A DNA stretch of 63,862 bases, filler included. It is 5 parts of 5 records of this genome, joined end to end, with 100 filler letters (N's around TTAATTAATTAA, not from the genome) between each part and the next. Parts side by side here need not be neighbours in the genome. Positions count along the whole stretch, not along the records: positions 33,884 to 57,158 come from SRR20825006_125; positions 57,259 to 63,862 come from SRR20825006_191; 3 more parts are not named here. One strand, given 5' to 3'. Below, piece after piece: positions 52,960 through 63,828 of this stretch (positions are counted from its first letter, which is position 1; each line of letters starts with the position of its first letter). The translations under genes and the position numbers were made by a program. A model generated the notes under the pieces. The model had not been told where the DNA came from. It ran no database searches and was given only the letters and a program-made list of their open reading frames with translations.

Positions 52960-54636
52960 ATGATGTTAAGAAAAAACCTAGCATTAAAGCTATTTATCAC
53001 TGTTCTTATAGCCACACTTTTTGTAGGCTGTAACAAATCTAGGGACTATAAAGACAGTTCCCGTGCAACAGGTTGGAAAATGAACGCTAAAGAAGGCGGC
53101 TTCCAATACAATCCACAATCCAAAGAACAAGAAACAGGCCCAGGACTTGTATTTGTTGAAGGAGGAACTTTTACAATGGGAAAAGTGCAGGATGATCCAA
53201 TGCACGATTGGAACAATTCCCCAAACCAACAACACGTTCAATCATTCTATTTGGATGAAACCGAAGTTACAAACCTAATGTATCTTGAATACTTAGATTG
53301 GCTTAAAAAGGTTTTCCCTCCTTCTGATGAAAATTACAAAAGAATTTATGATGGCGCTGTACCTGATACATTAGTTTGGAGAAACCGTTTAGGTTTTAAC
53401 GAAGTAATGACAAACAACTATCTACGCCACCCTGCCTATGCAGAGTATCCTGTAGTTGGAGTTAGCTGGGTACAAGCTGTAGAATTTAGCAACTGGAGAA
53501 CAGACCGCGTTAACGAAATGGTTCTTGAAACTGAAGGCATAACATCTCGTAATGCTCGCTATGAAGTTGAGCCAGGCGAAACTTTTAATACAGAAACATA
53601 CTTAAACGCTCCAACACTTACCTATGGAGGAAATGACTCGATAACACGTGGTGGAAAACGTTCAGAGTCTATTAAGAAAAGAAGTAAAGACAGCACCAAC
53701 CTATACATTCAGCGTAAAGATGGATTGTTAATGCCTGCATATCGTCTTCCAACGGAAGCAGAATGGGAATATGCAGCACTTGGTTTGGTTGGACTTAGAA
53801 ATTACAACGTTTATAGAGGAAAGAAAAAATATCCATGGGAAGGTCAATACACACGTTCTGGAAAAAGAAGATCTCGTGGCGACCAAATGGCTAACTTTAA
53901 ACAAGGCGATGGTGATTACGGAGGTATAGCAGGATGGAGTGATGATGGTGCAGATATTACCGCTCAAGTAAAATCGTATGAGCCAAATGATTTTGGCCTA
54001 TATGATATGGCTGGTAATGTTGCCGAATGGGTAGCTGATGTATATCGCCCAATTGTTGATGATGAATTTAATGATTTCAACTACTATAGAGGTAATGTTT
54101 ACACCAAAAACGCTATTGGAGAAGATGGAAAAGTAAAAGTTGTGACTATGGACTCAATAGTTTATGACACATTAAGCAATGGAAAAATTGTAGCACGTAA
54201 CTTACCTGGAGAAATTCTTCAAGTGCCGATTGACGAAAATGAAACTTATTTAAGACCTAATTTTTCGGAAAGTGATAATCGTGATTATAGAGATGGAGAC
54301 AAACGTTCTTCTCGTTACTACCAATCTTTTGCTGACGATGAATCTGAAGGTTCAGATGGATCAAACCGTATGTACAACTCACCTATTCAAAAAGTGAATG
54401 CAGACAGTACAGGAACATTAGACCGTCAATATGACAAGACAACAACTCGAACCACTCTTGTAAACAATGAAGTTCGCGTATACAAAGGAGGTTCTTGGAG
54501 AGATAGAGACTACTGGTTAGACCCTGCTCAAAGACGTTATTTCCCTCAAGATATGGCATCAGACTATATTGGTTTTAGATGCGCAATGAGCCGCGTAGGT
54601 TCTAAATCTAAAAAAGGTAAACGACCAAGAAATTAA
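52960..54636 (+). CDS. gldJ: Gliding motility lipoprotein GldJ
   Basis: Lipobox FVGC, SRATGW, PGLVFVEGGTFTMG..QDD.MHDWNN, RLPTEAEWEYAA, MAGNVAEW. Canonical porU/gldJ/murF synteny. Confidence 0.94.
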   Translation: MMLRKNLALKLFITVLIATLFVGCNKSRDYKDSSRATGWKMNAKEGGFQYNPQSKEQETGPGLVFVEGGTFTMGKVQDDPMHDWNNSPNQQHVQSFYLDETEVTNLMYLEYLDWLKKVFPPSDENYKRIYDGAVPDTLVWRNRLGFNEVMTNNYLRHPAYAEYPVVGVSWVQAVEFSNWRTDRVNEMVLETEGITSRNARYEVEPGETFNTETYLNAPTLTYGGNDSITRGGKRSESIKKRSKDSTNLYIQRKDGLLMPAYRLPTEAEWEYAALGLVGLRNYNVYRGKKKYPWEGQYTRSGKRRSRGDQMANFKQGDGDYGGIAGWSDDGADITAQVKSYEPNDFGLYDMAGNVAEWVADVYRPIVDDEFNDFNYYRGNVYTKNAIGEDGKVKVVTMDSIVYDTLSNGKIVARNLPGEILQVPIDENETYLRPNFSESDNRDYRDGDKRSSRYYQSFADDESEGSDGSNRMYNSPIQKVNADSTGTLDRQYDKTTTRTTLVNNEVRVYKGGSWRDRDYWLDPAQRRYFPQDMASDYIGFRCAMSRVGSKSKKGKRPRN

Positions 54637-54656
54637 AAACTTAAAATTTTAAAAAC

Positions 54657-54691
54657 AACCCTCCATTGCATTTAGCTTCGGAGGGTTTTTT
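54657..54691 (+). terminator. Intrinsic terminator after gldJ
   Basis: AACCCTCC...GGAGGGTTTTTT. Confidence 0.65.
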
Positions 54692-54705
54692 AGTATATTT
54701 ATTTT

Positions 54706-55986
54706 ATGAATACAGCATCACTTCACGATTTTTTTCTGAAGAGCTCTGGCATCTGCACAGACACTCGAAAAATATTTAAAAATTGTATATTTTTTGCTTT
54801 GAAAGGAGACAACTTCAATGGCAATCTATTTACTCAAGAAGCTCTAGATAAAGGCGCCTTCAAGATTGTAGTTGATGAATCAGCTTTTCATAAAAATACT
54901 GGTGAAACAATTTTAGTTGACGATGTTTTAATGGCACTTCAGCAATTGGCGCAATTTCATAGAACCTTTTTAAAACTTCCTATAATTTCACTTACTGGAA
55001 GCAATGGAAAAACAACCACTAAAGAACTTATAAACGCAGTTCTTTCAAAAAAATACAAAACTACTGCCACAAAAGGGAATTTAAACAACCATATTGGTGT
55101 TCCATTAACCCTTCTTGATATGAACAAGGATACCGAAATTGGCATCGTTGAAATGGGTGCTAATCACCTAGGAGAAATAAAAATGCTAAGCAATATTGCG
55201 GAACCAGATTATGGGTACATCACTAATTTTGGCAAAGCACATTTAGAAGGATTTGGAAGTATAGAAGGTGTAATTAAAGGAAAAACAGAATTGTATCAGT
55301 TTTTAAAAACCCAAAAAAAGAAAGTTTTTGTAAACACCAACGATTCGCAACAAGTATTAAATTCAGAGGGTATTGACAAAGTTACTTTTGGAACAAATTC
55401 TGCTGATTTCAACATTCAATTAATAGACAGCTCCCATCAGCTACTCGTATCATTCAAAGGCATTGAAATACAAAGTAATTTGGTAGGTGCATACAATTTT
55501 GCAAATCTTTCTGCTGCAATTGCAATTGGCGCATACTTTAAAGTTCCAATAGAAAAAATAAAAACTGGAATTGAAGAATACATCCCCACAAACAATCGTT
55601 CGCAATTAGTTACAAAAGGAACAAACACCATTTTGATGGATGCTTATAATGCAAATCCCACAAGTATGCTGGCGGCATTAGAAAACTTTAAACAATCTAA
55701 AGGAGAAAATAAAATTTTATTTCTTGGCGATATGTTTGAATTAGGAAATGATGCAGAGATAGAACATCAAAGCATAGTAGATTATCTTCTTGAAAATTCC
55801 TTTGGAAAAGTATTTTTAATAGGAAGTAATTTCTTTAAAACAACTAATCAAGCTTCACACATTCATTTATTTAAAACTTTTGAAGCGTTAAAAGATGAAA
55901 TAGAAAACGAACCACCCCGAAATGCAACAATTTTAATAAAAGCATCACGCGGAATGGCTTTAGAAAGAATTCTAGATCTATTTTAA
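54706..55986 (+). CDS. murF: UDP-MurNAc-tripeptide--D-Ala-D-Ala ligase
   Basis: DTR, TGSNGKTTTKE, NLNNHIGVP, EMGANH.GEI, DAYNANP.SM, LGDMFELG, KASRG. Confidence 0.95.
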   Translation: MNTASLHDFFLKSSGICTDTRKIFKNCIFFALKGDNFNGNLFTQEALDKGAFKIVVDESAFHKNTGETILVDDVLMALQQLAQFHRTFLKLPIISLTGSNGKTTTKELINAVLSKKYKTTATKGNLNNHIGVPLTLLDMNKDTEIGIVEMGANHLGEIKMLSNIAEPDYGYITNFGKAHLEGFGSIEGVIKGKTELYQFLKTQKKKVFVNTNDSQQVLNSEGIDKVTFGTNSADFNIQLIDSSHQLLVSFKGIEIQSNLVGAYNFANLSAAIAIGAYFKVPIEKIKTGIEEYIPTNNRSQLVTKGTNTILMDAYNANPTSMLAALENFKQSKGENKILFLGDMFELGNDAEIEHQSIVDYLLENSFGKVFLIGSNFFKTTNQASHIHLFKTFEALKDEIENEPPRNATILIKASRGMALERILDLF

Positions 55987-56013
55987 ACTATTTAAAGAAA
56001 ACGAAAGCTGAGC

Positions 56014-56985
56014 CTATTTATCAAATTTTTTAATTGGCTTCTTTTTAATCATCCCTCCTTTGGCATCTTTCACCGAAGTCATAATCATAAACGCATGTTT
56101 ATCAATTTTATCAACTTCTGTTTTAAGCTTACTCATTTCTAAACGCGTTATCACGGTATAAACCACATCTACAGGTTTACGGGTTTCGCCCACTTTTGAA
56201 AAGCCATTTTCAGCTTTAAAAATAGTACAACCTCTTCCTAGCTTTTCAATAATTGCAAGGCGTATTTCATCATTTTTTTCAGAAATAATAGTTATTCCCA
56301 TAAACTCCTCAACACCATCTATTACAAAATCTACTGTTTTTGAAGCTGCGAAATAAGTAAGAATTGCATAAAGTGCAATTTCAGTTGAAAGAAAATATGC
56401 CGCAGTCATAAATATAATCACGTTAAATATCAGGATTACATTTCCAACCGTAAGTATTGTTTTTCGGCTTATAAAAATTGCGAGTACTTCAGTTCCGTCA
56501 ATAATAGCTCCTCCGCGAATCGCCAAACCAATTCCAAGACCTAAAAACAAACCACCAAATGCAGCGATTAAAATTTTATCGTCTGTAATCTGTGGATACG
56601 GTATAAGTGCAACAGCAACCGCTAAAAGAACTATTCCGATAATACTTTTTATTGCGAATCTTTTACCAATTGCAAAATATGCTATTAATAAAAAAGGGAG
56701 ATTAAAACACACTAATAAAAGTGAAAGTGAAATTCCAGTTAGTTCATTTATCATTAAGGAAATACCTGTTACACCCCCATCAATAAAAGCACTTGGCATT
56801 AAAAACCCTTTTAAACCAAATGAAGCCGCTATAATCCCTAATAATAAATAGAAAAAATCCCAGAACTCGTGTGTAACCTCAACCTCCAAGTCTTTTATTT
56901 CTTGATCTAAAGTTGCTGCTGGCAGGGGTTTTTGTTGATTTTTTTGACGGTTCTTAACAAGGTTAGTAATAATGCTTTTAAACAT
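56014..56985 (-). CDS. YitT-family membrane protein
   Basis: DGGVTGIS, GG..DGTEVLA, LGRGCT, C-terminal DUF2179-like domain. Confidence 0.88.
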   Translation of the reverse strand: MFKSIITNLVKNRQKNQQKPLPAATLDQEIKDLEVEVTHEFWDFFYLLLGIIAASFGLKGFLMPSAFIDGGVTGISLMINELTGISLSLLLVCFNLPFLLIAYFAIGKRFAIKSIIGIVLLAVAVALIPYPQITDDKILIAAFGGLFLGLGIGLAIRGGAIIDGTEVLAIFISRKTILTVGNVILIFNVIIFMTAAYFLSTEIALYAILTYFAASKTVDFVIDGVEEFMGITIISEKNDEIRLAIIEKLGRGCTIFKAENGFSKVGETRKPVDVVYTVITRLEMSKLKTEVDKIDKHAFMIMTSVKDAKGGMIKKKPIKKFDK

Positions 56986-57078
56986 AGTGCTTTATAATTA
57001 TTTTAAGGATGTTCAAAGTTAAACTTATTACAAGTGTTTTATTTAAGAATGGGAAGAAAATAAAAATTTAGGAATAAA

Positions 57079-57106
57079 AAAAACCGAAGTTTTCACTTCG
57101 GTTTTT
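57079..57106 (-). terminator. Terminator after tRNA-Val
   Basis: AAAAACCGAAGT-TTTC-ACTTCGGTTTTT, with a longer T tail on the minus strand. Confidence 0.8.
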
Positions 57107-57111
57107 AAATC

Positions 57112-57158
57112 TGGTGGGCGATGAGGGGTTCGAACCCCCGACCCCCTCGGTGTAAACG
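57112..57158 (-). tRNA. tRNA-Val(TAC), 5'-truncated by contig end
   Basis: Minus strand CG-TTTACAC-CGAGGGGGTCGGGGGTTCGAACCCCTCATCGCCCACCA: TAC anticodon, GTTCGAA T-loop, CCA end. Confidence 0.92.
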
Positions 57159-57258
57159 NNNNNNNNNNNNNNNNNNNNNNNNNNNNNNNNNNNNNNNNNN
57201 NNTTAATTAATTAANNNNNNNNNNNNNNNNNNNNNNNNNNNNNNNNNNNNNNNNNNNN
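57159..57258. other. Artificial contig spacer
   Basis: N run with TTAATTAATTAA. Confidence 0.98.
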
Positions 57259-57373
57259 AATTTCCCGGAATTTCCCCGAAATTTTCCCTGAAAGTTTTCC
57301 CGTCGGGAATTTTCTCGGAATTTCCCGGAATTTCCCCGAAATTTCGCCCAGAAGTTTTCTCGTCCGGGAATTT
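57259..57373 (+). repeat. Left-end tandem repeat: about 1.9 copies of a 60-bp unit built from ~10-bp TTTCnnnGAA subunits
   Basis: AATTTCCCGGAATTTCCCCGAAATTT... starts at 57259 and again at 57319. Confidence 0.9.
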
Positions 57374-57664
57374 ACAGCTACTTTTCATAAACTTATGTGC
57401 AGTGGTTATCCTCGTATACGTGCGATGCATTTCCCGGTAAGTGTAATGCATGCGTTTTACAAACTGTATTTTTATAGTCATACGTAGTACACATAACATA
57501 CGTATACACGTTTAGAGGTGTATAATAACCACGTGTTTAACATATATGTTGTACGTGTTGACGACGTATCATTAATGCTAATGCATATTAAGAAAAGCTA
57601 GGTGATGTTGTATGTTGTATCTATCCGGAAGGTTACCGTAATCGAATTAGAACTATGCAGTATT

Positions 57665-60600
57665 ACACCTTTCCTGGGATGGTACTCGTAACGGATATAC
57701 TCCGGGAAACATAACACGATGCATTAACATATTACGTATAAGCATAATTTGTAGTTATATGCTTGGTATTGTAAGGGGTTCACGTGAAAATAATAGCTGG
57801 TGCAATACAAGCATTTAATTAATATTTTTTATGTTTTATACAGATACATATTTGTAGGTATTACCTGGAAAGGTGGCATTGCGCACGTCTAACATACGCT
57901 ACAACCCGTGGGTGACATTAATTACACTACGGGCAGTATAATAAACTCGACGCCATCACCAACGCAAGTTATGTTACATATTGTGTAAGCACTCCCACGG
58001 CTATCACATACAGCATGGACATATACAACACACCTTTCCTGTAAAATTAAGTACGTATAAACATAACGCATACAAAACAAATCTAAATACGTTGTAAGCA
58101 AGTAGTCACGTACAACACTATGTATGCGCTGTGGGTATTACCTGGTAAGCGTCTAACCATCTCAACATGTCCTCGTAGTTATAGGATACAAATAATAAGA
58201 AACAATGCAATGCACCTTTCCTATGTTAGCAAGTGTATGCATATTGGTTTATCGGACAACAAAATACGACATGTAATTGTAATGTAACCTTAGATACACA
58301 GTAGCTCTCCCGCAGGTGAAATGTGCGGTACTCCATACGTTACAATTACGTAGTGTATCGTGTTATACTTATGCATACAGTCTGATGTAATGTTATATAC
58401 CTAGTACGTGTATATTATTAACGTACAATACTATTAATATGTATATAGCAAAACACCAAAAAAAAAAAGAGCTGTAACGTAAGTTATGACTAACGTCCCG
58501 TGTGTCTATAATTTTTAAGGCATGCTTACCACGTGGTCTGTTGTACACTACCCGCAGGCATTCACTCATACATGTTACGTGGTGGGAGTATGCACACCTT
58601 TCCTTAAAGTTCATGTACACCTAATAAGTAACGACACATAAAATACCACACCGAACACACCCATGAGTATAGCCTATACAGACGTGCATACAACAGGCGT
58701 TTTAAAACAGTTAAATGCGTAACATGCTACACGTGTTACCGTAACACGTGTACGAGACGTACGTATTGTACGATAGTGGTGCATGATCCCGAGTTATGCA
58801 TTTTAAATTTTATACATATCAGTGTATGTGGTTACTGACTTTTTTCCGGAAGGCGTGTATCGAGTAATTACACGGCATTACATGCATACACGGTATTCCG
58901 TATCACATGCATAGTCCACATATATAACGGGTTACACCTTTCCTGTAAAAACGATGTTCTCTCGGCATGTACGTATGCAACAACAAACAAATACATAACT
59001 CACATACATGTAATAGATGTAACAACATGCAGTAGTTACTGAAATTTTTTTTAATGCGTTTCCACATAACACGCCTACGTAATGCGTAATATCCCGTGGT
59101 ACGATATGTACGTTGTTAAGTTACGCACACGACGCGGTGTATTTCCGATCGCGATACCTACTATGGTCGTACATGCATGTCTATCGTGGTTTTTTGTCAT
59201 TACAATACCCGTAAAACGCGACAGGTTTGGAAAGGTGTCCGTCCAGGGATATTCATATAGATAAGCTGTCTTCTAATTATGTAATGCCTACACCTTTCCG
59301 TAATTGATAAGTACAGCGTTAACGTAACACAACGAAAACACTCAAAAGCAAAAGTACATATTATGGCATGCATCCCGGTTATGCCGTACCCGATGCATAC
59401 TGTACTTTACTATTTTGTTTTGTTACGTGCGACGGAATACTCATACTACACTTCCCAGGAAAGGTGTGCATATTATATGCTACGTACATCGTATATACTA
59501 TACTAAAAAGTTGGTACACAAAAACTATACGGATATGTATTGTACATGGTGGTACAAACGTACGCATGTAGTAATACACCCCTGCTTATTACTTACCTGT
59601 GTAGTTTATGTTTTATTTGTGTTTGTGTTACAAGGATACTATTACCACGGCGTATAGGAAAGGTGTGTCCAGCTACCACTGAACATGTGTGTTATCATAT
59701 AACTTACCATATGTACGTATACGTTAACATGTGCAGTACATGTTATGCACGTGTAATACGGATCATATTACAAGCAAGTACGCGGGGTGTTTGTTATCAC
59801 GAAAACAAAAAGGCATGCATCCCTATGCATGGTGGCTATACGTAACGTATATTACGTAACATGTAATCACGTAAATAACCCGCGTATTATGCACTGTGTA
59901 TATACGTATACAAAAATATGTTATGTTATACCGTGACACACCAGGATAAGCACATCTCAAATCCTTATTTTTGTTTTCATTTTGATGCACACTGGATGTA
60001 TTAAATTTATTAAAAACGGTGTAACTGTATTGGTATGACTGTATTGTTACACTCATCCGTTACATTTTTTTACATACACGGATATGGTTAATGATCTACC
60101 AGTAATAACAGGTGGTACATGCGGCATACCGACATACAGATTCCGTTCAGTATTAACCACAAAACTACGTGCATTAAAACGTATTAACGCGTACATGCGA
60201 TTATGTAGTAGACATACGAAAAGTACAGACTCCCGAAGCGTGCAACGCAATGCACAATCTCGTCGTGTACATTATTGGACGTAGCCTTACCGGAGTTACT
60301 AAAACTAATTGTGCTTGGTTTATGTTTTTTATACACGTGGAGATACGTGCGTGTATGCGCTGGAAAGGTGTTATACGCGTACGTCCATAAGAATATACTT
60401 TTCATAGGTAAAGCATTTAAAGTACGATAAACGCACCCAAGGCGGTATAGTCGGAGGTACCCTACAATGCGGGCATCCCACAGCCAACGCCACACGCATA
60501 TTATGTAAGCTGTGCACCTTTCCCGTAATCGTGTTATGTACTGCTTATATAGCAATAACAAAACCTAGAATTGAAAGATGTCGCATTACATGTTATACTT

Positions 60601-63600
60601 GATGCATTGTGCTGCCCATATATGTACGCATATACTCCGTATATTACGTATGCTGCATGTTATGTATGTAATGCTACACATGTACACCCGCTCTGTATAT
60701 ATGTTTTGCATGTACCACACATGTCAGTATACATAGTTTCGGAATGGAGACGTTGCGTATGTGTCGTTCCATGATAACGGATGTCTTAATTTTATTTTTT
60801 TGTGATTATAAATTTCATGGAAATAACCTATATTTATTAGGAAAGGTGTAAACGTATATCCCATCGTGCATGACAATAATAAAAACGCATAGTACAACCA
60901 TATGGTATAACTCTATAGCGCATACCGTACACATCTCACGTCCCACGACGGTGTAGGCTGTACTACACCTTTCCTAGTGGATGTAGATGCCCCATACCCG
61001 TGTAAAAAACATCAAAATAAATTTGTAAGTGTAATATGCTGGCACATTACACATGTGTGCGTGACTAAGGGGTATTTACATGATGTACTACCTAGTCCGT
61101 ATAGTTTAATACATCCCATGTGATTGCACCTTTCCTGGTATGTAGCGTATACCGTAAAGTGCAGCAAACAACAAAAATAAGCTCAGTAGAATATTGTAAT
61201 ACCTGGGAAGTATCACATATACGATGTGCACTGCTACTAAGTGAAACGTACTACTCATACAAGGTGTACAGTATATAATAGTATACCTCTCTGTGCTTAT
61301 GACATACGCCGTACGTACACCTTTCCTGGGTAACAACGACATTTAAAAAACACCGCACAACCAAAAACTATAAAACTAAATAATACTTTTTATGTAACGT
61401 ACATTACGTAGTGCGTCGCGGTGTATTAATACGTTGTTTTACCGTTTGGTAGATACGTACTATATCGTGCACATGTTATATACACGTATTTATGTCGTAC
61501 GCGTATAAGTAAACTTTGTTTTGCTGTTTTGCTCGCGTACACTCCATGGTATACTACGTGGAGGACATACACCCATATACATATATAACACGTACCGGCT
61601 CGGGTGTACACTTACACGTACACCTTTCCTCAAGTATAGTAGATACGTATACACACGTAACAACATTAAAAAACTATATTATCATACTCCGATGGGCGTT
61701 ACATTGATAATACACTTACGTCGTGGCGTATTATTAACCCCACTCCGGGGATGCTATCCCTACACCGTGCACGGTACACAACACGTGTACGCGAAGTAAC
61801 GTCAATACTTATTCCGTTTACGTGCACGTCCCAGGTAGCATATACAAATTTATTATTTGTGTAATAATAGATACACGCTGTTCATGCAGATACCTACCCG
61901 GTAATGCGTATACCCATGCACGCCTACCAACATAGTAACGTAACTTGCTTGTGTGTGTACGCGCATGGAGAACCCTACAAGGTAACCTTTCATCATGTGG
62001 AATACATAACTGCCCGCATATAGCACAGCGTATATCGTGTTACAACTCTTGTGTAACCTTCCCATTATGTATGGAGATTACGTAATTAGTAATCCGACAG
62101 ACCTGCCTAGGAAAGGTGTACCCCGGTGTTGTATGGTACTAACGGACTACCATCACAGGTGCATGTGTGTATTGTAGATACCTATACCCTTACAATCACA
62201 TTGTGTAATTGGGATTACGTCACTATACGTACATTACCCACATGATTGTGGTATGTTAACTGTACGTAAGTATATCAAACGACGTTACTGTATATATACC
62301 CCGATAGGAGAGTATACGTTACTACCCTGCAATGTATACGTGTGGTTTTTTGTCATGTTCGTACATGTACCTGCAGTGTTATAGGAAAGGTGTGACTATT
62401 TACCCTTACGTTACATATAGTACTGTGCGTACATCATTCTATACTGCAAAGGTTATACTATTACTTATTATATACAAGTATGAGTATTACATGCGTGTTG
62501 GGATCTTCCCCGGTACACCACCAGACTACGATAAAATTTACACGGTATGGTACTGTACCGTTTACGTACACGCCACACCTTTCCAGAGTATGCATGTACT
62601 ATCTAACCTATATAGAACAAACAAAAAAATAGAGTAACGTTATACATTGTACGGACTTGAACGTCTGTAATTGATTTAATATATGTAGTGCAGTATATTG
62701 CTACCTGTTACCCGTCATGTAGTTGTTACGGAACGTGTTTACCGTTGTACCCCGGTTACTACTGTTGGAAGGGTTTGTTGTTTTTTTATAATCGTTTACA
62801 ATACATACCCTGCCCGGAAAGGTGTATTGTTTCACGTTATATGCAGATACCATCCCGCACAGGGTTTGCATTGCACCGCTGATCACGTATTATGTACATG
62901 ACTTACGTATCCTGGAAGTTCTTGTGCATGCTTGTCTTTGTTTGTTCTGAATTGTATGATAGCATACTATACCGGAGGGGTTATCTCGGAAAGGTGTGCA
63001 TGCTATCCAACAGGATTAGTGTTGATTACGTTGTATGCTTTCATGTTAATAATCAGACACGTACAACATCGGAAAGGTGTGAATCCCGCATGTTTTACGT
63101 ACGTATATATATCGTAATATATAATATATTACGAAACTCACACCCCGCGGAGGGCACACCTTTCCGAATATGAATTAACAAATTAATAACTAACAAAACT
63201 TAAACACCGTAAGCACATGTGATACAAACTATGCAACCACAGTACCACGTACATGATGTGCATGTAGTATTGCGTTATGCCGTTACGTGTAGGTATGTAT
63301 CGCGATAGCGATTGTACATATATCGTGTGTTTGTTGGAAAGGTGTGTACATGTAGGTTGTAATTACATACTACGTAATGTGTTTTGTACATTTACGCATA
63401 CAGAGTGTGTAACAGTTAAACCGTTGTGTACTTAGTGCACGTATGCAATACCGGACTTTCCCCGGGGAATACATCGTTATTAACCCACCTGCGCTGTAGA
63501 TGTGTACCCCCCCCCCCCTTAAAAAATGTAGTCCCATGTTTTAAAAAAACAGATGCGTTAATCTTACGACAGTACTGCACCGACATGCTGTAACAGTGAT

Positions 63601-63651
63601 ATTTTTATAAAATGTGCAAATACATTTATATAATTAATGTTACACCTTTCC
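57665..63651. repeat. Dispersed array of 26 GGAAAGGTG(T) motifs with linked T-tracts in non-coding DNA
   Basis: Plus strand: 57867, 59229, 59458, 59657, 60362, 60840, 62110, 62384, 62816, 62988, 63071, 63336. Minus strand ((A)CACCTTTCC): 57665, 58030, 58213, 58594, 58934, 59290, 60515, 60965, 61127, 61317, 61620, 62575, 63156, 63642. Confidence 0.92.
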
Positions 63652-63828
63652 AGCAGTATGCGGCGTATCTGGGTATACAACACACAAAATAAAAAAATAA
63701 ATAATAGTGTGTATATCTAACCCGTATAACATAGTAAGCTTGCCGTATATGATGTTGATATATGGTAAACAAAACATAACGACTATGTATAACATGTAAT
63801 AACGTATTGTATATTTCAGATAATAACA

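Noticed and set aside
47679-55986. porV-porU/gldJ-murF cluster
   Set aside because: Well-known conserved T9SS and gliding locus, not novel.
57112-57158. tRNA-Val as the integration site for contig 5
   Set aside because: An artificial spacer separates them, so the adjacency is not biological.
14622-57258. Four TTAATTAATTAA palindromes inside N runs, and ORFs containing X that span them
   Set aside because: Artificial all-frame-stop contig linkers. Gene neighbourhoods across them are meaningless.
57259-57373. Resemblance of the end repeats to STAT (TTCN3GAA) or NF-kB sites, and of the motif to T-box half-sites
   Set aside because: Short consensus matches in low-complexity sequence, with no evidence of an animal host.
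57203-63173. Short ORFs of 60-125 aa in contig 5
   Set aside because: Y/V/T/C/H-rich products of the dinucleotide bias, overlapping on both strands, with no motifs. Alternative genetic codes were not tested computationally.
57665-63651. CRISPR array reading of the GGAAAGGTG repeats
   Set aside because: The repeat is only 9-11 nt, occurs in both orientations, gaps range from 61 to 705 bp, and no cas genes are present.
57867-63651. Inward-facing motif pairs as MITE-like or stem-loop cassettes (e.g. 60840/60965, 63071/63156)
   Set aside because: Seven plus-then-minus neighbours is about what random orientation of 26 sites gives. Stems extend to 13 bp at most and I saw no target-site duplications.
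57665-63651. DNA uptake sequence or splice-site (AAG|GT) reading of the motif
   Set aside because: It matches no uptake sequence I know, and uptake sequences lie in gene-dense DNA. Splice signals would be strand-consistent within a gene.
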